A DNA stretch of 64,000 nucleotides, from positions 32,001 to 96,000 of the IMG/VR virus record IMGVR_UViG_3300013121_000025, one strand, 5' to 3'. The notes beneath the pieces were generated by a model. The model saw only the letters and a list, made by a program, of their open reading frames with translations, did not search any database and was not told the origin of the DNA. Numbering within the stretch: position 1 is the stretch's first letter; each line of letters opens with the position of its first letter. The translations under genes were made by a program, and so were the position numbers. Positions 57,315 to 64,000 of this stretch are shown here, piece after piece. The DNA is from a virus (lineage: Duplodnaviria; Caudoviricetes).

Positions 57315-59927
57315 TTACCTAATAACAGAATATGCCTTGTGCCACCATGAAGGTATTTGACTATGCATTCTTGTATATAAGTAATTCCAAGATTCATCAA
57401 GAATATATGTGGTACCATAATCTTCTTTTGATCGAACAATACGTCCACATGCTTGTAATACTTGTATAATCGCTTGTTCTTGGTACCATTCATTTGATTC
57501 TTCCATTCTTGCTTTTACCCACTGGTCGCCAAGATAAGGATAAGGTGTTTTTACAATAATACCAAATCTTGCTAAATCATCTTTTAAATCTAATCCTTCA
57601 GTAATACTTGGAGAGATTAAAATTGCTGGGTTCGGAGTTTCAATAAATGCTTGAATGACAGAGTTTCTATCATCACCCGAATCAGGGTTATGATGAAAGA
57701 TTTGTTGATCCACCTTAAGATTTTCAACTAACCATTCTGCTATACTGAAATTAGCTGTATGAATAATTCCTTTATCTTTTTGATGTAAATTGCAAATTGT
57801 CTTTACGCCTTTTAGCATGTGCTCACGAGATTTAGTATTTTGAGGCTTATCCCAATCAACATTCATCTTCATGTGTGGAATGAATCTCACCTTTCTGTTT
57901 TCAGGTGGGAATTCAGAAACAAGTGAAATATAAGCTGCTTCTTCTTTTGGAATGCCTAATTTCTTACAATAACCCTCAAAACTTGGAATTGTAGCAGACA
58001 TAAAAAGAAACTTATCCGCATATGGACCAAGATACTTACTAAAGATTTGATCAGCGTGTAGACGTTTGAATTTGATATTCATCTTATCATGTACTAATAC
58101 CCAATCCTTATCCAAATCATGTTTAGATACAGATTCAAGAGATGTTACAGATGTTAAATGTTCACATAATTCTGTGTATTCTTTAATTAGATCAATCTCA
58201 TCAGGGGCTAAATGTTTTTGTTCAAGCAATGGAGTTACAGTTTGTTCCATTGTATTGACGGTTTGATCTAATGCAGGTAGATATGTATCTCTCACCCATT
58301 GATATGCTTTATTTTTGTCAGAAAAGTAAGTCCATTTTAGATGAACTTGTTCCATTCTAGATTTGGTAATATGGATTGCATTATATTCACATAGAATATT
58401 TTCTAAAGAATGTGCTTCATCACATATCATTAATTGTCTTCGTTCGAAGTCACCAACAACGGAGAATTGCAAGAGTGCTAATTCGTAATTAAGAACCATA
58501 TTGGAAGAAGTTGCAGCTTTTGATTTTGCATTTTTATGGTTACAATCATTGCATTTTGGTTTAATTAATCCGCCAATTGCACAATTAGTTCTTTTTGATT
58601 TGCATTCATAATTTGACTTGCCATATAAACCAATCAAGTTGGTCAAAGGATTATTATTGAAATCATTTTCATATTGCTTTTGTAATATGCGTTGTGGTGT
58701 CAATATGAATGAATTACCGAATCCGTTTGCTAAGAAGCGGGAAAATGTTATACCTATATCACTTTTCCCACTATTGTGAGTAACAGTGAAATCGTCCAAC
58801 ATATATAAATGATCTTTATCTAACAAAAAACCGTAAAAATTGTCGTTGTTAACATACTCTACAGAAAATCCTGTCACATGTGGTCGCTTCTGTTGCTGTC
58901 GAATAGAAGCTTGTTTTCTTTTTATTTTAGTTGGTATTAAATGGGTGTGCCCTGAAATACATACATCATAATATATATTTCCTTTGACCATTCTATCATA
59001 AATGGTTACAGTAAAACCTACACTGTGTGCAATAAAGGAGACATCATCACGTAATTTAGATGACTTAGTGGTATATACAAAGCAGTTTGATGAATTGTGT
59101 CCATCTGTATCGATTAAACCAGCTAAAATATTCAAGCGAGAGTCGATCGATGATATTTTGTATACATGTGGAATAAATTTATTTTCAGATGTTAAACCAT
59201 ACAACTGTAGATTTTTAAGTTTGTTGATTAAATGATTAATTCTTGGTATGGAATTGATACGCTCTGATACAAAGCGGTATGTATGGGCCTTTGATTGTGT
59301 TTTATATTTTTTAATAGTACAATCAAAATGCTCTGCTATATTGTTTAGATAAGATTCGATTTCTGGATCCATAGAAGTAACATCAATGCTGTGTGTTATT
59401 GATCCATCACCCAATAACACACCTAATAAGTACGGATCTATTGGTAATTCCAATCCTTCGGTTGTAAATGAAATTGATTGTGGTTTGTATAATTTCACAT
59501 TTCGTTTAAAGTCATTGCTTTGATTTAGATAATCATGCACAGATATATTGATAATATTTTTTCCGTCAAAACCATATCTTCTAGCTGGCGTGGTAATCAC
59601 TGATAAAATATGATCTTCATTTACATAGAATGATTTTCCTTTGATTGGTTTGATTCTGTATATTTTGCCATATCCATTGAATAATTTAAGAACACGACGT
59701 GGTGACGAATCAGGTCCCATTAATATGTCATTTGGTTGCACATCTTCAACGTTGCGTAATGTTCCATCGAACATTACGACTTTGGTCCCTTTTGTATGGC
59801 AACCAACAGGTGCATTCAATATGAAATATTTCTTATCTCTATTTGCTTCAAGCCATTCCAGTGCTTGTATTTGCGGATCTCTTGGTTGTTTTGATTTATC
59901 TGGCCAATAACTAAGTATATTTGACAT
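57315..59927 (-). CDS. DinG/XPD-family Fe-S helicase containing an intein
   Basis: Q motif RDPQ, Walker A APVG|SGKS split by an intein, 4-Cys cluster, DEAH, MSAT, EGLDL, QACGRIVRS. Confidence 0.92.
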   Translation of the reverse strand: MSNILSYWPDKSKQPRDPQIQALEWLEANRDKKYFILNAPVGCHTKGTKVVMFDGTLRNVEDVQPNDILMGPDSSPRRVLKLFNGYGKIYRIKPIKGKSFYVNEDHILSVITTPARRYGFDGKNIINISVHDYLNQSNDFKRNVKLYKPQSISFTTEGLELPIDPYLLGVLLGDGSITHSIDVTSMDPEIESYLNNIAEHFDCTIKKYKTQSKAHTYRFVSERINSIPRINHLINKLKNLQLYGLTSENKFIPHVYKISSIDSRLNILAGLIDTDGHNSSNCFVYTTKSSKLRDDVSFIAHSVGFTVTIYDRMVKGNIYYDVCISGHTHLIPTKIKRKQASIRQQQKRPHVTGFSVEYVNNDNFYGFLLDKDHLYMLDDFTVTHNSGKSDIGITFSRFLANGFGNSFILTPQRILQKQYENDFNNNPLTNLIGLYGKSNYECKSKRTNCAIGGLIKPKCNDCNHKNAKSKAATSSNMVLNYELALLQFSVVGDFERRQLMICDEAHSLENILCEYNAIHITKSRMEQVHLKWTYFSDKNKAYQWVRDTYLPALDQTVNTMEQTVTPLLEQKHLAPDEIDLIKEYTELCEHLTSVTSLESVSKHDLDKDWVLVHDKMNIKFKRLHADQIFSKYLGPYADKFLFMSATIPSFEGYCKKLGIPKEEAAYISLVSEFPPENRKVRFIPHMKMNVDWDKPQNTKSREHMLKGVKTICNLHQKDKGIIHTANFSIAEWLVENLKVDQQIFHHNPDSGDDRNSVIQAFIETPNPAILISPSITEGLDLKDDLARFGIIVKTPYPYLGDQWVKARMEESNEWYQEQAIIQVLQACGRIVRSKEDYGTTYILDESWNYLYTRMHSQIPSWWHKAYSVIR
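58773..59801 (-). mobile_element. class 1 intein (343 aa) with LAGLIDADG endonuclease, inserted in Walker A
   Basis: CHTKGT start, VNEDHIL, LLGVLLGDG, LAGLIDTDG, FTVTHN followed by +1 Ser. Confidence 0.95.
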
Positions 59928-59956
59928 GTATATTTCTCAAAAATGATTATTCGGTG

Positions 59957-59985
59957 ATTTTACGCGATTTATCGCGTAATGTCAA
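59957..59985 (-). promoter_or_regulatory. near-consensus sigma70 promoter of the helicase gene with a palindromic spacer
   Basis: TTGACA-17-TAAAAT; the spacer overlaps TTACGCGAT-NN-ATCGCGTAA (59960-59979). Confidence 0.8.
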
Positions 59986-60024
59986 CCGAATCGAGTTCCT
60001 GTTGGAACTCGCGTGATTTGTGTT

Positions 60025-60413
60025 CAAAAAATGAATAATTAATATATTCATTCACTTCGTTCATTCATATATTAATTATTAGCGCTTTTAAATCCATTGA
60101 AATCCTAGAATTTGATCCCCCGTTTAGAGTAGAGTACACACACTACTCAGGGGTATGAAACGGTAACACGCCCCAGTCACTCATTATGACCATAGAGATT
60201 AGAATTAAAATTCATTTTTGAATATATCAATGGATAATGGTCTCATAAAGATAGCACCACCCGTTCACAAGGAAGATCATCTAATCCTCTTCCAAGGCAT
60301 GACGACGATATTGTGAAATCCATCACTTAATACGCAAACAACGTACCACCGCCCAACGATTCGTATCAATTATTACAGATTAGATGTGTAATAATCGAAT
60401 TGTAAAATTCATG
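60025..60413 (-). ncRNA. candidate ~390-nt structured non-coding RNA of unknown family
   Basis: No ORF of 60 aa or more; upstream sigma70 promoter; many helices, including a G.U-rich one that forms only on the minus strand; crossing (pseudoknot) pairings; terminal 14-bp hairpin followed by a U tract. Confidence 0.6.
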
Positions 60414-60419
60414 AAAATA

Positions 60420-60448
60420 AAAATACTTCGGTTTAAAACGAAAGTCAA
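60420..60448 (-). promoter_or_regulatory. sigma70-like promoter driving the non-coding region
   Basis: TTGACT-17-TATTTT directly after the resolvase stop codon. Confidence 0.6.
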
Positions 60449-60452
60449 CGAA

Positions 60453-61052
60453 TTATTTTTTACCTTTTTTAGTAAGCATTTTATTTTTTATTGTGTCTAC
60501 TTTTGATGAAATGGTTAACCATTCTTGAATGCTATCATAAGAACGTTCATTTCTGGCTTGAATAACTTTCGCTAATTTAAAGAAAACAGAAGCATCCACT
60601 ATCATAAATTCTTCATGATAGCGTAAGAAATTATTCATTTCAGCGTTTGTAATATCCATAAAATGATAAGGCAACACACAATATGTACCTTTTCTTGATG
60701 TTCTGAAAAATAATAATGGAGTTCGTTTGGAATTAATAGCATCAAATAATGCTTCACCAATCCATCCATCAAGATCAGTATCATAATCGTTTATTAATTT
60801 TCCGAGATTTGGTTTGTCACCATAATTCTTACATTCAATACTAAATCTGAACCACGATGGACAGATAATATCCGAACCGAGGGCCTTTTTTGTAGAATCT
60901 TCTAAGTTTTGATTTTTTTCGTAATTTGACAAACCCATAATAGCACCAGAACTTGGTGTACGAGCGAATTCTTCTGTTTCGAATGCTTGATTGAGCAAAT
61001 CTCTCATCTCACGTTCGAGACGATTTCCCTTTGCTTTACTTTTACTAGTCAT
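60453..61052 (-). CDS. Holliday junction resolvase-like PD-(D/E)XK nuclease (Hjc type)
   Basis: SKAKGNRLERE, RTPSSGA, GSDII, FSIECK. Confidence 0.8.
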   Translation of the reverse strand: MTSKSKAKGNRLEREMRDLLNQAFETEEFARTPSSGAIMGLSNYEKNQNLEDSTKKALGSDIICPSWFRFSIECKNYGDKPNLGKLINDYDTDLDGWIGEALFDAINSKRTPLLFFRTSRKGTYCVLPYHFMDITNAEMNNFLRYHEEFMIVDASVFFKLAKVIQARNERSYDSIQEWLTISSKVDTIKNKMLTKKGKK

Positions 61053-61303
61053 ATAATACCCATCGCACGTTTATATGCTTCATCAGGATCGACAGTTGTG
61101 CCTGATGAATTAACGATTTGTTTCATAACATCAAATAATTGATCTATTTCAACATCAGTAATAAACAAATCTATTTGCACTTGTGACGACAAATTTCGTA
61201 TATTAACTTCGTTATCAATATAATGCTTAATTTCGTCGATGGTAAGAGCACATTCATTCAATAAGAATTCCCTTAACTCATCATCAGTTACATTTGTGCT
61301 CAT
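61049..61303 (-). CDS. hypothetical protein
   Basis: 84 aa; AAGGA RBS; ATGA overlap with the next gene. Confidence 0.65.
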   Translation of the reverse strand: MSTNVTDDELREFLLNECALTIDEIKHYIDNEVNIRNLSSQVQIDLFITDVEIDQLFDVMKQIVNSSGTTVDPDEAYKRAMGII

Positions 61304-61327
61304 ATTATATCCTTATTTTGAAAATAT

Positions 61328-64000
61328 TTATGTTTCTTTAATTTGCGAGAAACCATTACTCATTTGTACAGTGAGAATATTCTCGAAGATATTCTCCACT
61401 TCGTCTCTATGTGAGATAATATATACAGATAAGTTTTCTTGTTTTGCTTTGCGTTTGATTAATTTCGCAGCAGCTTGAATGCCTAATGCATCTAAGCCCA
61501 CATCCAACACTTCATCAAACATACAAATATTGATAGGATCATGTAATTTCTGTAACAAATCTCTAAATGCTAATGATAATGATAAGTTAACACGAGCTCT
61601 TTGTCCATTAGATAAATTACCAAAGTCGATCTCACGACCATAACTAGATATACGAGCTGTGAGTTCTGAGGTAAATTCAACTTTATGTGGCAATCCTAAT
61701 TCGTTAAGGTATTCTTTAAGTTGTTTATTAAGATATGGTAAATTCTTTTCGAGCAATACCTTTCTCACGAAAGAATCTTTTTTGGTTAAAATCTTTTGTA
61801 AGAATTTTTGATGTTCGAGTAATTTTGTCAATTCATTAATCTCATCATAATTAATAGATGGCAATGCAATACTTTCTAATTCTTTTAAAGGTTCGATGAA
61901 AGGATTTACAGCTGTTTCAAGATCTGCGAGTTTCTGTTTAGCAGAATTAACCTCTTGTTGTTTAGCTGATAAGTCTTTCATATTATCGAAATGTGCAAGC
62001 TTATATAATGCTTCTAATTCTTTTACTATTTTAGTAGATTGTTTTTCCATTATATCTACAGCAATTGAATACTCTTTAATTTTAGGAGTATTTGTTTCAA
62101 TTGCTGCTAATAATTCATTTAATTTTGTCTTCGTATCAGCATAATGTTGATGACAATATGGACACTCATGATTATTAAGTTGTTTAATTTCATTCTTCCA
62201 TTTTGTTTCGTTTGTGAGCAAAGTATTTAAATCCTTTGCGATAACATTCTTTTCTGATTTTAATTTAGTGAGTTGGTTTGTCTTTTCACTAATGGAGTTA
62301 ATGATTTCTAATTCAGCTTCGAAGTCAAAATCTTTGAATTTCTCTAAAGTATTTTGAATTGAAACGCGTTGGTTATTATTCGTATCTTGCCAAGTCTTAA
62401 TTCTATTCTTAGCAGATATTAATTGTTGTTCATGACGTTGATGTTCACCTTTAACAGCTTCTATTTTAAATTCAGCTTGTTTAATAGCTACTTGTGTATC
62501 TTTAATTTTTTCCTTAAGAACATCAGCCTTAACAGACAATTCTGTTAACCCATTTAAATGTTCCATAATTGCAGTTTGTTCAGCAGACGTTAATTCTAAA
62601 AATGGAACACGTGTAGCAGAGAATACAACAATATGAACAAACATATCATACGGAATTCCTATAATTTGTTCGATATAAGCATTAGTATTAGCTATACTAT
62701 CTCTTGTAACATCTTTATCGTTAATCCAAAGTTTAACATAGTTACCATCTTTCGCTTTTCGAGCACGTTCTATTTTAATAACATCTTCGCCTTTCTCAAA
62801 TGTTGTAGTAACAACCATGTTCTTTTTATTGATATTATTAATTAGGTTATCTTTTGAGATGTTAGATAATGCTTTATCATATGCAGCAAAAGTAAGAGCA
62901 TTAAGCAACGTTGTGTTATGAGTTACAATAAAATCATTTGTAATATATAATTTATCAGGATGATCAACTGAAATACACTGTGCTTCTTTTTTTCCTACAT
63001 ATTCAACATTAGAAATGCGTAATCCACTATTTCCGTATTGAGATATCTCATTAAGTAAACTTTTCTTTCGAGAGCATTTAACTAGATTTGTTTGATTTTT
63101 ATATCTTATAGTAATATCGTATGCTAACTTACCTGGAATTTTAATTCTGTCTTTATTATAATAAAAAGGACGTCTAATACGTACAGACGCAATACCACCT
63201 AATGATCTAACAAGATATTGTACTTGTTCAGATAATTGTTTACTAGTCGTACAAAATGAAAGTCCGTGTGTTTTTGAGACGAAACCATCAGTATCAATAA
63301 GTCCTGCAAGTAATTCTTCTTTTTGTTTAACACTAGTATTCATCATGTATATTTCAGGAATAAATTTCTCATGGGAATATACGTCTTTTAATCCTAATTC
63401 TGTTATAATTCGTGTTAAGTGTTTAAAAGACCCTTTAATTCTCCAATTTAATCCATCTTCACCACTTAACGTGGCTTGTAATGTGGTTAATTTATTATTA
63501 ATTGCATTTATTACATCATGATCTTTGTTTGTAAATGTTATACCTTTATCAGTAAAGCCACCATCTCCTAATAAACATCCTAGTAGATAAGGATCTAAGG
63601 GTAAATCAACATCAGGAACATCAGGATGTGTTACCAACGGAACGAAAATATTATACCAAGCTTTCTTTTTTTCTTTTGCTTTCGATAAAAGAGGAATAAG
63701 ATCTTTTGTGGATAATAGTTTCGATTGTCTCGATTTTCCATCTTTAACCCACATATGACTTTCTACTTTCCATAAATGCTCGGAACAAGCCTCTACATAT
63801 CTTCCATCTTGAAATGTTACTTTATAAATGTCGACTGCTCCTTGAGGATACACACCTACAACGCTACATATTTCACCTGAAGGCGTAGTTACTTTATCAT
63901 TAACTTTTATTTCTCCCATGGTTGTCCAACCTGAAGGAGTTTTAATTTTACTATCGAGAGTTAATGCTTTTCCCAATCCATTGCTCGTTACTCCAAATAC
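61328..64000 (-). CDS. gp46/SbcC/Rad50-like recombination ATPase containing an intein; 5' end lies outside the window
   Basis: Walker A SNGLGK|TT split by an intein, CPYC zinc hook, LSNGQ signature, MFDEVLD Walker B, IISH; frame open to base 64000. Confidence 0.93.
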   Translation of the reverse strand, partial: VFGVTSNGLGKALTLDSKIKTPSGWTTMGEIKVNDKVTTPSGEICSVVGVYPQGAVDIYKVTFQDGRYVEACSEHLWKVESHMWVKDGKSRQSKLLSTKDLIPLLSKAKEKKKAWYNIFVPLVTHPDVPDVDLPLDPYLLGCLLGDGGFTDKGITFTNKDHDVINAINNKLTTLQATLSGEDGLNWRIKGSFKHLTRIITELGLKDVYSHEKFIPEIYMMNTSVKQKEELLAGLIDTDGFVSKTHGLSFCTTSKQLSEQVQYLVRSLGGIASVRIRRPFYYNKDRIKIPGKLAYDITIRYKNQTNLVKCSRKKSLLNEISQYGNSGLRISNVEYVGKKEAQCISVDHPDKLYITNDFIVTHNTTLLNALTFAAYDKALSNISKDNLINNINKKNMVVTTTFEKGEDVIKIERARKAKDGNYVKLWINDKDVTRDSIANTNAYIEQIIGIPYDMFVHIVVFSATRVPFLELTSAEQTAIMEHLNGLTELSVKADVLKEKIKDTQVAIKQAEFKIEAVKGEHQRHEQQLISAKNRIKTWQDTNNNQRVSIQNTLEKFKDFDFEAELEIINSISEKTNQLTKLKSEKNVIAKDLNTLLTNETKWKNEIKQLNNHECPYCHQHYADTKTKLNELLAAIETNTPKIKEYSIAVDIMEKQSTKIVKELEALYKLAHFDNMKDLSAKQQEVNSAKQKLADLETAVNPFIEPLKELESIALPSINYDEINELTKLLEHQKFLQKILTKKDSFVRKVLLEKNLPYLNKQLKEYLNELGLPHKVEFTSELTARISSYGREIDFGNLSNGQRARVNLSLSLAFRDLLQKLHDPINICMFDEVLDVGLDALGIQAAAKLIKRKAKQENLSVYIISHRDEVENIFENILTVQMSNGFSQIKET
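62915..63967 (-). mobile_element. class 3 intein (351 aa, Ala1, WCT triplet) with LAGLIDADG endonuclease
   Basis: Starts ALTLDSKIKTPSGWTTMG; block B CSEHLW (W), block F AQCISVD (C), block G IVTHN (T); +1 Thr. Confidence 0.9.

Noticed and set aside
59928-60452. tRNA, tmRNA, RNase P, CRISPR array or a true group I intron in the long intergenic region
   Set aside because: No T-arm/CCA end, tag ORF, RNase P core motif or repeat-spacer periodicity. Both flanking genes are complete, so nothing is interrupted, and the P7-like resemblance lacks the P/Q consensus.
63974-63976. TTG start for gp46 given by the ORF track
   Set aside because: It lies inside Walker A (SNGLGK), and the frame is open to the window edge, so the true start is outside the window.
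1-64000. Stop-codon reassignment (alternative genetic code)
   Set aside because: Core genes are full length under code 11, and TAG and TGA are used as genuine stops (for example at 180 and 3074).

Overview
An AT-rich (roughly one-third GC), gene-dense segment of a T4-related jumbo myophage genome, almost all on the minus strand and read with the standard genetic code. Gene content and order resemble the RaK2/GAP32/PBECO4-like jumbo phages; this is inference, as no search was run. From left to right: (i) a recombination/replication cluster with a DnaE fragment, UvsW, UvsY, an intein-containing RlaP/NrdC.11-like nucleotidyltransferase, GroES, UvsX and gp32; (ii) about 17 kb of modular fibre/virion proteins; (iii) a small plus-strand island, an HD-kinase and an EndoVII-like nuclease; (iv) the packaging, tail, neck and head core (TerL plus a degenerate TerL-ATPase paralogue, gp4, tube, sheath, Hef-like endonuclease, gp15/14/13, gp23/22/21/67/20), a tape-measure candidate and gp26/gp51-like genes; (v) a DinG helicase with an intein, a 525-bp non-coding region, an Hjc-like resolvase and a gp46 with a class 3 intein that runs off the window end. 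The most notable signals not explained by the ORF track are: a roughly 390-nt, apparently pseudoknotted non-coding RNA with its own sigma70 promoter and terminator (about 60025-60413, minus); a probable programmed -1 frameshift (U UUU UUU) joining the gp26-like and gp51-like ORFs; a T4-gene-32-style pseudoknot plus AACUGA repeats in the SSB leader; a hairpin with a late promoter in its loop in front of an orphan nuclease; a Walker-A-degenerate terminase paralogue; and a late ART-like plus zeta-kinase-like gene pair that may be packaged in the virion.
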